From positions 16,217-80,216 of IMG/VR virus record IMGVR_UViG_2890388907_000005: a stretch of 64,000 bases of DNA; one strand, written 5' to 3'. This document shows, piece by piece, positions 37,636 through 46,804 of the stretch. The stretch comes from a virus. Its lineage: Duplodnaviria > Caudoviricetes. How positions within the stretch are numbered: the stretch's first letter is position 1; the number at the start of each line of letters is the position of its first letter. The notes beneath the pieces were generated by a model, which saw only the letters and a list, made by a program, of their open reading frames with translations, had not been told where the DNA came from and ran no database searches. The position numbers were made by a program, and so were the translations under genes.

Positions 37636-38123
37636 CAGGCGCGCTCCGCCCGCGTCGCCTCGATCTGTGCGATCAGCGTCTCGGCCTTGGCCCGGGCGTT
37701 CGGCTCACGGCCGACCTCCTTGGCGAAGAGATCGCGCAGCTGGTCCAGCGACATGTCTACCAGCGCCAGCGGGGTTTCCGTCGCGGGTGCGGGCGCGGGC
37801 GTGGGCGCGGGCGTGGGCTCGATCACGGTGGCGGTGGCCGCGGGTTCGACGCCGCCGGGTGCCGGGACCGGAGCGGGCGACACCTGCGGGGCCGGCGCGG
37901 GCGAGACCGGGGGGACGCCGATCGAGGTGGCGGCGGTGGTGCCGGCGAGGCGGAAGCCCTCGGCGACCCGCAGGAACTGCTGGGCGTGGTCGGCCGAGGC
38001 GATGGCGCAGACATGCCGGCCGGTGCCGTCATCGGCGAAATGGTAGGCGGTGCCGTCGCCGACGCGATGATGGCTGCCACCCGGGCGCTTCTGCAGCGCC
38101 TCGATGATGAGAATGTTGGACAT
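37635..38123 (-). CDS. Hypothetical virion-associated protein with Pro/Ala linker
   Basis: AGGGGAG RBS; small helical C-terminal domain. Confidence 0.75.
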   Translation of the reverse strand: MSNILIIEALQKRPGGSHHRVGDGTAYHFADDGTGRHVCAIASADHAQQFLRVAEGFRLAGTTAATSIGVPPVSPAPAPQVSPAPVPAPGGVEPAATATVIEPTPAPTPAPAPATETPLALVDMSLDQLRDLFAKEVGREPNARAKAETLIAQIEATRAERA

Positions 38124-38204
38124 CAGGTCTCCCCTTTCGGTTTCGCAATTGCCCGCCCCGGCGGTGGGCCGGAGCGGGCGCTTTCAACCGTCCCTCGGAC
38201 CGCG

Positions 38205-38648
38205 TCAGGAGACGACGCGGATGCGGCAGTGCAGCTTCTTGGTGGCGCCCGCGACGATGTCGGCCGACGTCTTCAGCCCGACCGAAACCGGGGTGTCGCC
38301 GTTCTGCGCCAGCGCGGCCAGCGCGGTCAGCGCGGTGGTCGCCGGGGCGCCGGCGGCACCGGCGTTGACCAGTTCGGAACCCGAGGTGCGCGCGGCGTCC
38401 AGCGAGCCGGGGCTGCCGGACATCAGGCCGATGGTCAGGTTGACGGCGCCCAGGTTCTCGGATGCGCAGTCGAAGCCGACGATCCGGCCGTAGGGGAAGA
38501 TCGGGAACAGGTCGAGGATGTCGGCGGCGGCCACGGTCTCGGCAAACACATGCGTGAACATGTATTCGATCACTTCGCCCTTGCGGTGCGGGTTCGGCAC
38601 GGGGGTGCGCGAGTTCCCCTTGAAATACGCGCTCTGCTTGATCGCCAT
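38205..38648 (-). CDS. Putative capsid decoration/minor capsid protein
   Basis: Follows the major capsid gene; beta-rich, 147 aa. Confidence 0.7.
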   Translation of the reverse strand: MAIKQSAYFKGNSRTPVPNPHRKGEVIEYMFTHVFAETVAAADILDLFPIFPYGRIVGFDCASENLGAVNLTIGLMSGSPGSLDAARTSGSELVNAGAAGAPATTALTALAALAQNGDTPVSVGLKTSADIVAGATKKLHCRIRVVS

Positions 38649-38681
38649 GTCTCTTACCTTTGTGCGATGCGGAAAGGGTCA

Positions 38682-38699
38682 GGGGGCCGTGCGGCCCCC
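38682..38699 (-). terminator. GC hairpin after the major capsid gene
   Basis: GGGGGCC-GTGC-GGCCCCC. Confidence 0.5.
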
Positions 38700-38706
38700 C
38701 GATGGA

Positions 38707-39810
38707 TCAGACGATCGCGTTGGGATCGCGGCAGTAGGTATCCAGCGCGCAGCAGCCGAAGTCGCGGCCGTTGAACCGGGTCTTCTTCATGCCCATGATC
38801 ACGCCGCAGTAGATTTCGACCTGGTTGTCGGCATCCACCAGCTTCTCCACCCACGTCATCCGTGCGCCGTTGCCGGCGCTGCCGTAGGCGACGACACCGG
38901 CCTGCCGGCCCAGCAGCAGCCCGCGCGCCGCGGGCAGGTTGCCGCCGACGCCATAGTCGCCGAAGCGGCGCACCGATTCATGCTCATGAAGGACGAGGTT
39001 CGAGATCATGCCCAGACCGCCCTTGCAGATCGGGGACTTCCGACCCTCCGAGGTCGCCAGCGACTGCTGGATCTTCGACCAGGAGAGATCGCCGGTCTCC
39101 ACCCGCATGTCGTAGGCCTGGAACTTCGTCATCAGCACGATGAAGTGCTTGGACCCCTCGACCGTCACCGGGCTCATGCGGATGACGTCGGGGTTGGTCG
39201 CGTTCATCATCGTCGGCTTCACCGCGACGCGCTCAAGGAAAGCCACGTTCATCTTGTCGGCGGCGGTGAGCGTCGCCTTCGAGGTGGCGGCACCGGCGTA
39301 GAGCAGGTGGTCGGCATCCGGCGCGTGGATCGGGTTGCCGGCGAAGGGCTTGTTGAAGACGGCGTCCTGGTTGATCGCGCTGAAGTTGGCGTCGCCCGAG
39401 AGGTAGACGAAATAGCCCTCGTCGATCCACTGCGCCACATATTCCGAGGTGCGGTCCCGGGCGATGCGGCGGAGGTCGTGCAGGAGGCGCTTGCGGCTCA
39501 TGCGGCCGGCGGCGGAGGCGCCTTTCCGGGCCTGGTCGATCTTCACCTCGTCGGTGTAGAAGGTCAGCGCCTCGGCCGAACCCTCGACGCGGTCATCGCC
39601 CAGCGTCATGCCGCCGCGCAGACGCATCGACAGGTCGAACTGGACGGTGTCGCCCGCCTCGTCTTCCAGATCGACCTTGCGCTCGATGATGTTGTTCTCG
39701 CCGGTCCCGACGAAGCGCGACCAGTAGCTCTGCTTTTCGGTGTCGGTGGCCAGCGAGGTGGCCCAGCGACGAACCGCTTTGGGGTCATTGACGCCGATCA
39801 CGGTCTGCAT
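38707..39810 (-). CDS. Major capsid protein, N4-gp56 family
   Basis: DLEDEAGDTVQFDLSMRLRG...VEGSAEAL...IDQAR; GMKKTRFNGRDFG. Confidence 0.92.
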   Translation of the reverse strand: MQTVIGVNDPKAVRRWATSLATDTEKQSYWSRFVGTGENNIIERKVDLEDEAGDTVQFDLSMRLRGGMTLGDDRVEGSAEALTFYTDEVKIDQARKGASAAGRMSRKRLLHDLRRIARDRTSEYVAQWIDEGYFVYLSGDANFSAINQDAVFNKPFAGNPIHAPDADHLLYAGAATSKATLTAADKMNVAFLERVAVKPTMMNATNPDVIRMSPVTVEGSKHFIVLMTKFQAYDMRVETGDLSWSKIQQSLATSEGRKSPICKGGLGMISNLVLHEHESVRRFGDYGVGGNLPAARGLLLGRQAGVVAYGSAGNGARMTWVEKLVDADNQVEIYCGVIMGMKKTRFNGRDFGCCALDTYCRDPNAIV

Positions 39811-39841
39811 CGGACTCTCCTTCGGTCAATACGGTGTTGAC

Positions 39842-39862
39842 CCAGGCACGTCCTATGCTTGG
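39842..39862 (-). promoter_or_regulatory. GGA-loop hairpin in major capsid leader (motif copy 4)
   Basis: Minus strand CCAAGCAT-AGGAC-GTGCCTGG, downstream of TTGCTC-18-TAGGAA. Confidence 0.7.
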
Positions 39863-39905
39863 CGTTGGGCATTCCTACCACATCTTGGGGTATCGGAGCA
39901 ACGGT

Positions 39906-40076
39906 CTAGGGATCGCAGCGCGAGACCCGGGTAATGGGCATCTCGCGCGGCGCTTCGATGATGATGGTGGCGGCGCGCTGTCCGATCTGAACGAACTTCA
40001 GGACGATGTCATCGCCGATGCGGATTTCCGGCGTGGAGCCGTCATTGGTGGGGACGACTCGGGTTTTCCACGACAT
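39906..40076 (-). CDS. csrA: CsrA/RsmA-like RNA-binding protein (56 aa)
   Basis: EIRIGDDIVLKFVQIGQRAATIIIEAPREMPITR aligns by eye to CsrA [34 protein letters not shown]; AAGGA RBS. Confidence 0.75.
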   Translation of the reverse strand: MSWKTRVVPTNDGSTPEIRIGDDIVLKFVQIGQRAATIIIEAPREMPITRVSRCDP

Positions 40077-40098
40077 CGGCGATGGTCCTTTTCGGGCG

Positions 40099-41034
40099 TC
40101 AGAGTTTGAGGAAGCGTTCGATCTGGTCGGGGGGCAGCCGTGCGAGCGCGGCTTCCATTTCCAGCGGGTTCTTGATGCGGTCGATGGCCGCGAACGCGCT
40201 GTCCTCCAGCTCGGCATTGCCGTCCGAATTGAAGCCCGCGAGGGTCGGCGGGGCATCCGGCCGCGGGTCGCGCCGCTGCTCGATCTTGGGACCGGTCTGG
40301 CGCTTCGCGGTCACGGTGGCGGCCGAGGGCAGCGCCTGACCGGTCAGCGCCTGATGCCGGGTGGCATAGATGCTGTAGGCCAGCTGGATCTGCTGGTCGC
40401 GGGTGAGGCTGACATTGGCGGTGTTGCCGGTGACCTCGCGGAGCGTGGCATCCCAGCTGTCGCGATGGGTGTCGGTCCACAACTCGGGGGCCAGTTCCTG
40501 GAAGGCGCCGAGGCGGGCGTTCCAGTGGTCGACCATCTTCTTGTTGTGCTCGTCCATCTGGCGCTGCGCCATCTCGATGGCATGCTGCGCCTTCGCCTGT
40601 TCGGCGCTGAGGGCGGCCTGCTGCGCCTGCATTTCGGCGCGGGTCAGGCTGCCATCGTCATAGCGGTCGTAGAGCGCGACCAACTCCTCGTCGATCTTCG
40701 TGATGCGCGCCTCGACGGCGGAGAGATCGGGCACCGGGGGTTCGCGGGAGGGTTCTTCCGGCTCCGCCTCCGCCCCGGTCGCGGTTGCCTCCACCGCAGC
40801 GGCAGCGGCAGCGGCGGCGGCAGCCGCAGCCGGGGGCGCGGCACCGACTGCGGGCTCTGCGGGCTCTGCGGGCTCGGCAGCAGCGGCTGCGGCGGCTGCG
40901 GGAGGTGCGATCACGGGATCATCCCCGGTCGACAGTGCCGCGATCTCGGCATCGGTGAAACCGACATCCTTGAGCGCGGCGGCGTCGAGCTGGTCGGGAG
41001 GGAGGTGGTCGTTGTCGGACTGATTGAGGCGCAT
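40099..41034 (-). CDS. Scaffolding protein
   Basis: Acidic/Ala-rich coiled coil between portal and capsid; APPTL motif. Confidence 0.8.
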   Translation of the reverse strand: MRLNQSDNDHLPPDQLDAAALKDVGFTDAEIAALSTGDDPVIAPPAAAAAAAAEPAEPAEPAVGAAPPAAAAAAAAAAAAVEATATGAEAEPEEPSREPPVPDLSAVEARITKIDEELVALYDRYDDGSLTRAEMQAQQAALSAEQAKAQHAIEMAQRQMDEHNKKMVDHWNARLGAFQELAPELWTDTHRDSWDATLREVTGNTANVSLTRDQQIQLAYSIYATRHQALTGQALPSAATVTAKRQTGPKIEQRRDPRPDAPPTLAGFNSDGNAELEDSAFAAIDRIKNPLEMEAALARLPPDQIERFLKL

Positions 41035-41035
41035 G

Positions 41036-43300
41036 TCAGGCTCCTTGGCTCACTGGCGGGACGGTCGCGGGCGGTGCCGCGGTGGGAACGGGCGGCATGG
41101 CGCCTTGGGCAGCCATGTCGGGGGGGAGACCGGCGGCGAGCCGGGCATCCCCGAGGATCTGGTCGGCTGCGGCGGCGACTGCCGGGGCGCCGGCGATCTG
41201 CAGCGCCGCCTCCATGGCCGCGGTCATCTGCGCGATCAGGTCGGTGGCGGTCGCGGCCTCGGCCTTCGAGGCTTCGGCGGTGATCTTCCGCGCCTTGGCT
41301 TCCACTTCGGCCAGCGCCGCCATGGCCTGCCGCTTCTGCATCTCGGCGGCCTGGGCCTTCTGTTCCGCCATCTGCATCTGTTCGGGCGTCGGATTGTTCG
41401 GGTCCGCGTCGGGGTCTTCGACGCCGGTGATCTGGCGGATGCGCTTCACCAGTTCGTCGCGCTTCGGCACATCCATGGCCTCGACGATGAGGTCGAGCAT
41501 CTGGACGACGATCTGCGGGGCCGTCGCGGCGAGGCGTCCACCGAGGTCCAGCAGGGCTTCGGCCTGCGCCTGGCGCACGGTGAGGCGCCATTCCTCCTCG
41601 CCCAGCACGAAATCCGCCTTGAAGGCGGCGATGGCGTTCTCGGGGGCGCCGTCGTTGATCGGGACGAAGGCGGGATTGCCGCGGGCGTCGGTGATCCTGA
41701 TCTCGTCGGCCTCGGTGTAGAACTGCTCGCAGAGGATGATGGTCTTCTCGCCATGGATTTGGCGGGAGCGGCGGAGGTTGTCGAAGAACGTGGAGGTGGC
41801 CAGCGCGCCCTGATCCTGGCGCGCGATGATCGCCTTGCCCGACTTCGCGTTGGTGGATCGGCCCATGTTCTCGTCGGTGACACCGCCGATGGACTGGATC
41901 ATCTGGGCGTCGCGGCTCATCAGGTCGATGTGTGCGGCGGCGATGTTGGTGTCGCTCTGAACCACGGGTGCGGGCTGGCCCGACTTGTATTCGATGACCG
42001 CGTCGGGCCGGCCGGCCTCGTCCCGCAGCGTCTCGATGTCGTCGACCGCGCCCTCCTGGACGGTGACCCGGGTGGTGGAGAGGTGATGCAGGGCCTTGGC
42101 GGCGCGCCGGTTCAGATCGCGCTGGATGTCGCGCACCCCGCGGATCAGCCCGTAGGGCATGCCGTCGCGGGCGCGGCGGTATCCCCAGATCGGCGTGAAG
42201 GGGTAGCGGTTGTGCCGATAGGGACTGCGGCGGATGTCGAGCAGGCCCGCATCGGTGAACAGGGCGACATGCACGATCTGGCGGGGCTGGATCGACAGCG
42301 AGGCGAGCCCGGCGTTGAGTTCGCCGACATGGCCCGGGCTCCACGGGTCGAACAACTCGCCGGCGAACTGGCCGCCGCGGATGACGGCGGCATCGCCGAC
42401 GACGCGCTTGAACCAGCACTCGATCACGCGGACCCGGTCCCGGCTCGCGGACCCAGAGGTGAGGGTGTGACCGCGCGACGCGCCGAAACCGAAATGCTCG
42501 GCCTCCGCATGGTCCATGGGCTCGTCGCCGAGTTCGTCGAGCATGAACAGGCCGGCCGAGGCCTGCGAGATGCTGCGTTCCACCAGCCCGCGCCGATCCG
42601 GCCACATCCCGTGGGCGATGTCGGCGTCCAGCCATTTCGACCGCATCAGGTAGCGGGCGTCCTGCATGTCATAGGCGGTCGAGGTGGAGTCCCAGAGCAT
42701 CGAGCGCCACGACTCCGACCGCAGCATCACCGGGCCGGGGGTGTCGGGGCCGGCCTGACCGCCTTCCAGCCAGCCCAGCCCCGCCTTCACGGCCGAGGCG
42801 AATGCGTCGGAGGTGACATGATCGAAGCCGTTGGCATCGCTGACATGCTTCAGCAGCTGCGTCTTGCGTTCCGCCGCCTGTGTCCCCGCCTTCTTGCGGC
42901 TGAGGACGCGGTAGTCCATCGGGGCGCGCCGCTGGGTGCCCAGCACCCAGTTGACGGAGGTCTGGATCATATTGAAGACCAGCGGGGCTTGTCCGCGGGC
43001 GGCGAGGATCTGCAATTCCTCGTCGGTGAACTGGATGTGGTCGTAGAAATCCTCGTCAAGCGCCATTTCGAGCCGGTTTTCGGCCTGGCGGTCCAGCTCG
43101 CGGATATAGTGGCCCATGAGATTGACGTGGATGCGCTCGGCCTGCTCGCTGTCGAGGAACGAGGCCTTGGCCCGGCGGGCGGCTTCGGGGCTGCGGGCAT
43201 CGGCGGGAAGATAGGTGTCCCCGGCAACCCCCTTCCGGCGCCCCGAATAGATCAGGGAGCCGGAAATCTCGTGGCGGGCGCGCTTTTCAGGATCAAACAT
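41036..43300 (-). CDS. Portal protein
   Basis: DFYDHIQF...RGQAPLVFN; PYGLIRGVRDIQRDLNRR; SGKAIIARQDQG. Confidence 0.92.
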   Translation of the reverse strand: MFDPEKRARHEISGSLIYSGRRKGVAGDTYLPADARSPEAARRAKASFLDSEQAERIHVNLMGHYIRELDRQAENRLEMALDEDFYDHIQFTDEELQILAARGQAPLVFNMIQTSVNWVLGTQRRAPMDYRVLSRKKAGTQAAERKTQLLKHVSDANGFDHVTSDAFASAVKAGLGWLEGGQAGPDTPGPVMLRSESWRSMLWDSTSTAYDMQDARYLMRSKWLDADIAHGMWPDRRGLVERSISQASAGLFMLDELGDEPMDHAEAEHFGFGASRGHTLTSGSASRDRVRVIECWFKRVVGDAAVIRGGQFAGELFDPWSPGHVGELNAGLASLSIQPRQIVHVALFTDAGLLDIRRSPYRHNRYPFTPIWGYRRARDGMPYGLIRGVRDIQRDLNRRAAKALHHLSTTRVTVQEGAVDDIETLRDEAGRPDAVIEYKSGQPAPVVQSDTNIAAAHIDLMSRDAQMIQSIGGVTDENMGRSTNAKSGKAIIARQDQGALATSTFFDNLRRSRQIHGEKTIILCEQFYTEADEIRITDARGNPAFVPINDGAPENAIAAFKADFVLGEEEWRLTVRQAQAEALLDLGGRLAATAPQIVVQMLDLIVEAMDVPKRDELVKRIRQITGVEDPDADPNNPTPEQMQMAEQKAQAAEMQKRQAMAALAEVEAKARKITAEASKAEAATATDLIAQMTAAMEAALQIAGAPAVAAAADQILGDARLAAGLPPDMAAQGAMPPVPTAAPPATVPPVSQGA

Positions 43301-43763
43301 CGGTGCTGATCTCCGTCTCGATCGTGCGGCCGGAGGCGCGATCCGTCATTGTGACCTCCCCGATGGGCAGAGACTTGCCGAAAATCTCCGGTGGATCGGG
43401 TGGCATATGGAACACGTCGCGGATTCCGTCGTTGATGGCGTCGAGGATTGCGACGTGGTCTCGCGCGTGGTGGGCGCTACCAGGAAGGAGCCCCGCCCCC
43501 AGCCATTCGTTGATCCTCAGGCCCGCATAGACGGGGTCTCCGACGCTGCGATCCTCCGGCATGGCGAAACGCCAGAGGTCGGACATGAGGATGACTACTG
43601 GCGTGGTGCGGCCGCGGGCAATTGGCCGGCCGGGATGCAGCAGGACCAGACATGGTTCGTAGCTGGCCCGGCCGGTTCGCCACCAACTCCCGATCAGGAT
43701 GATGTTCTTGGTGATCCGCTCGAAGGCGCGGAGGCGGAGATCGAGGGGGGGGAAATCGGTCAT
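43293..43763 (-). CDS. Hypothetical phage protein between terminase and portal
   Basis: Overlaps both neighbours; EPCLVL motif. Confidence 0.7.
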   Translation of the reverse strand: MTDFPPLDLRLRAFERITKNIILIGSWWRTGRASYEPCLVLLHPGRPIARGRTTPVVILMSDLWRFAMPEDRSVGDPVYAGLRINEWLGAGLLPGSAHHARDHVAILDAINDGIRDVFHMPPDPPEIFGKSLPIGEVTMTDRASGRTIETEISTDV

Positions 43764-45418
43764 GCGGTCAGTCCTGTGGCGCGGCGGCGCGGGCGTTCGG
43801 TCAAGCCATTCGCCGCCCGGGCTTTGGCCTCGGCGGCGGCGTTGGTGCGGGAGTAGCCTTGGGGGTGCTGGCGGATCGCGTCGGCGGCGTGGCTATGCTC
43901 GTCGTGGCGCGGATGATCGTGCCAGACCTGCAGCCTTGTGTTCCACTCGCGGGAGTAGTTTTCGATGTGGGCGATGCCCTCCTTGCAGGCCTCTTCATCG
44001 AAGCGGAAGCGGGGGAAAGCCTGTCGCGTCAGGTCGATGCCGTGCTGGATGTTCTGGACTCGCGGCACCACCTGCCACGTCCATGACGGCCGCATCTCGC
44101 GCAGGATCATCACCGGCGAGGCGAGGGCGAAATCGCTGGGCCGGTGCTGGTTCTGCTGACGCTTCTGGTCGGCGTCGTGGGGGAGATAGTGGCGGCCCCA
44201 GATGAACCGCTGGCTCTCCATCCACTCGATGAAATGGAGGTAGCCGGCCCCTGCGGCTTCATGGAAGCCTATCCAGTGGTCCCAGCCGTCGACGTCCTGA
44301 TGCAGCCAGATCGCGGTGTCGTCGGCCGCACCCAGATCCCAGAACGAATTGACGGGGACGTGGCGCAGGACGGGCAGCTTGCAGATCCTGCCCTCGCGCC
44401 GGGCGATCAGCATGGCGGTGGCGTAGTATTTGCCCTCGGTCGAGGCCTGCCAGCATTCGGTGGGGGTGGACGGATACTCCCGCCACATCAGGTCGGGGGT
44501 GGTTGCGAAGTCGGTGTCGCGTTTCGCGATATACCAGGCGCGCTGGTGCAGGTCGATCTCGCAATCCATCGCCCCTTCGACGGTGTCGAAGTAGAGGTGT
44601 TCCTTCGCGCTGATCTTGATCCTGGCGGTCTGCTCGGGCCGCAGCCGGTATTCCGGCGCCTTCCACCATGGGAAAAAATGGAAGCGATATTCGAGGTTGG
44701 TCAGCGGTTCAGCGGCTTCGGTCGCGGCGCGACGTTCGGCGCGGGTGCAGATGTCGTAGAAGCTGCCGCTCTGGCCCTCGGCGGTGGACTCGATGAAGAC
44801 AATCCCGGTTGCGGGGACACCCTGCAGCGAGCCGGTGGTGATCTCGACGGCCTTGTCCGGGTATTTCGCCGCGATCTTGCCCATCTCCGAGATGTGCAGG
44901 AAATGCGGGGTGCCGCCCCGGGCCGACGAGGTCACCTCGATGGATGAGCCATTGGCGAACACCATCTGCGTCTGGGTCCGCTCCACGGTGGGGACCAGCG
45001 CGCGGACGAACGGGGGGAGGTTGTCGTAGGCGAAGCACACCTTCTTCCGGTAGAGCTTGGTGGCCGCATCCTTGGTGTGAGCGATGACGACGACTTCCTG
45101 GTCCCGGTTGAACAGAGCCTGATCGAGGCCGAGGATTTCGATCAGGGTGGAGAAGCCCAGCTGGCGGGCCTTCGGGATCACATTGCGGTAGTGCAGATCG
45201 TCGAGGAGTTCGCGCTGCGCCGCATTGGGCCGGAAGGGGGCCGCGATTTCGGGCTCGTCATCGGCGGCGTCATCGCCCTTGGTGGTGATCTTGTAGAGCC
45301 GGCCGGAATAGATGCGCCAGCGCCATGAAGCCAGCGCCCGCAGCAGATCGGCATCGGTCTGTGGGTCGAAGTCCTCGTCGACCTCTTCGGGGGTGGGGAT
45401 GGGGCGCACCTGGCTCAA
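43760..45418 (-). CDS. Terminase large subunit
   Basis: PKARQLGFST, HISE, IESTAEG, WDLGAADDTAIW, SHAADA. Confidence 0.95.
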   Translation of the reverse strand: MSQVRPIPTPEEVDEDFDPQTDADLLRALASWRWRIYSGRLYKITTKGDDAADDEPEIAAPFRPNAAQRELLDDLHYRNVIPKARQLGFSTLIEILGLDQALFNRDQEVVVIAHTKDAATKLYRKKVCFAYDNLPPFVRALVPTVERTQTQMVFANGSSIEVTSSARGGTPHFLHISEMGKIAAKYPDKAVEITTGSLQGVPATGIVFIESTAEGQSGSFYDICTRAERRAATEAAEPLTNLEYRFHFFPWWKAPEYRLRPEQTARIKISAKEHLYFDTVEGAMDCEIDLHQRAWYIAKRDTDFATTPDLMWREYPSTPTECWQASTEGKYYATAMLIARREGRICKLPVLRHVPVNSFWDLGAADDTAIWLHQDVDGWDHWIGFHEAAGAGYLHFIEWMESQRFIWGRHYLPHDADQKRQQNQHRPSDFALASPVMILREMRPSWTWQVVPRVQNIQHGIDLTRQAFPRFRFDEEACKEGIAHIENYSREWNTRLQVWHDHPRHDEHSHAADAIRQHPQGYSRTNAAAEAKARAANGLTERPRRRATGLTA

Positions 45419-46002
45419 CTCGTGCCCCCGGTGCGGCGCAGGGGCGCCTTCGACCCGCGGTCGACCAGCTGCTTGAACGCATCGGCGAAGGCGTTGGCGA
45501 GGCCTTCGTCGCGCTTGCTGAAGGCGCCGGTATGCTCGGCGAGCGCCATCAGGGCCTTGATCTTGTCGTGCAGCTTGATCTTGGTCTTACGGACGTAGAT
45601 CGGGGCTTCTCCCGGTCCCTCGACGACGGTCTCGGTGCTGACCTCGGCGAGCGCGTCCAGATCGTCCAGCGGTGTGGAGGTGAGGTCGATGGCGGGCTGG
45701 CCATTGCCGTCGATGCTGATGAACTGGCGCATCGAGGCGAAACCGATCTTGGCCAGTTCCGCGATGACGCGATCCGCGTCGATTTCGGTTCTCTCCGCCC
45801 GGGAGGCCTTGCCGGCCTCGATCTGGGCGAGGACGCGCGGATCGCGCATCAGCTTGGACGCGGTCACGGCTGCGGACTCGGGCGCATATCCTGCGCGGAT
45901 CGCGGCGGCGGTCTGGTTGAGGTCGAGCAGATACTCCCGGCAGAATGCTTTCTGCCGGTCGGTCATCGGGCGCGACTGATCCTTTGCGCTTGACCGCGGC
46001 AT
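45415..46002 (-). CDS. Terminase small subunit
   Basis: TDRQKAFCREYLLDLNQTAAAIRAGY; KIKLHDKIKAL. Start is 46002 or 45966. Confidence 0.92.
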   Translation of the reverse strand: MPRSSAKDQSRPMTDRQKAFCREYLLDLNQTAAAIRAGYAPESAAVTASKLMRDPRVLAQIEAGKASRAERTEIDADRVIAELAKIGFASMRQFISIDGNGQPAIDLTSTPLDDLDALAEVSTETVVEGPGEAPIYVRKTKIKLHDKIKALMALAEHTGAFSKRDEGLANAFADAFKQLVDRGSKAPLRRTGGTS

Positions 46003-46148
46003 CCTGCCATGTCCCTCGCGGCGGTGTATCCGCCATTGCTGCTCAATATGCAGCACCAGAGGGCATTCGCGCAACAGGTGTAGAGGGGCCCAAGCGCCGC
46101 CCCCACCAGATGTTGCATGTTATGATTCATTAGCCTGCGACGCCGCCC

Positions 46149-46433
46149 TCAGATGGGGGGCGAATTGCCGTAGGGCGCGAAAATCCGAGCCGGCTCAAGG
46201 CGGATGTCTCCTGCGCTGTTATGGCAGACATACACCGGCTGGGGCGTAGTGAAATGCTCGCTGGACAGCTTGACGAGGCCGGTCCAGTTGATCTTGTCGA
46301 AGGTCTTCTTCCTAAGCTCGATCTCGGCAGCCAAGGCGTCGATACGCTCCTGCGGCCAGTAGGGGGTGGCAGCGAGCGCAACGGCGAGGTCATCGAAACT
46401 GCCGTATTTGTCCTCGGTGGGTTTGGTGGTCAT
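46149..46433 (-). CDS. Hypothetical protein
   Basis: AGGAG RBS; MTTKPTEDKY. Confidence 0.65.
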   Translation of the reverse strand: MTTKPTEDKYGSFDDLAVALAATPYWPQERIDALAAEIELRKKTFDKINWTGLVKLSSEHFTTPQPVYVCHNSAGDIRLEPARIFAPYGNSPPI

Positions 46434-46525
46434 CTTGTTTCTCCTGATGTGCGAGTCGGCCCCGCGCTGCTGTGGGTCATGCTGGCGCACGGGATGCCGG
46501 CCCCGCAAGGCCGGTCACCAGTGGG

Positions 46526-46804
46526 TCAGCCCGGGGTGTCGGTGCCACGTTCTTCGAGGTAGACCCGATGGGCATCGCGGTCGATTTCGGCCAGCGATAG
46601 CCCTGCCAGATCGCAGGCGTGGCGCACATCGGTCAGGAGGTCTTGGATGACGGAGCGGGGGCTGTCGTAGTGCCCGGCCAGCGCCGCCGCGCTGGTGATC
46701 AGGCGCGCGCCCAGATGCGCTGCGGTCAGCTCGTCCTCGGCCATGTCCAGCGCCTCCAACGTGAGCGCGTCGATGCGGTCCTCGATGTCGGTCATATCAG
46801 GCAT
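46526..46804 (-). CDS. Hypothetical acidic helical protein
   Basis: IQDLLTDVRHACD...AHRVYLEE. Confidence 0.65.
   Translation of the reverse strand: MPDMTDIEDRIDALTLEALDMAEDELTAAHLGARLITSAAALAGHYDSPRSVIQDLLTDVRHACDLAGLSLAEIDRDAHRVYLEERGTDTPG

Noticed and set aside
39869-39885. CCCAAGATGTGG (minus strand) as an NrdR-like box
   Set aside because: A single loose match, better explained as part of the promoter spacer.
40780-40900. GCN-type and GCGGGCTCT short tandem repeats
   Set aside because: They encode the poly-Ala/EPA linker of the scaffold protein.
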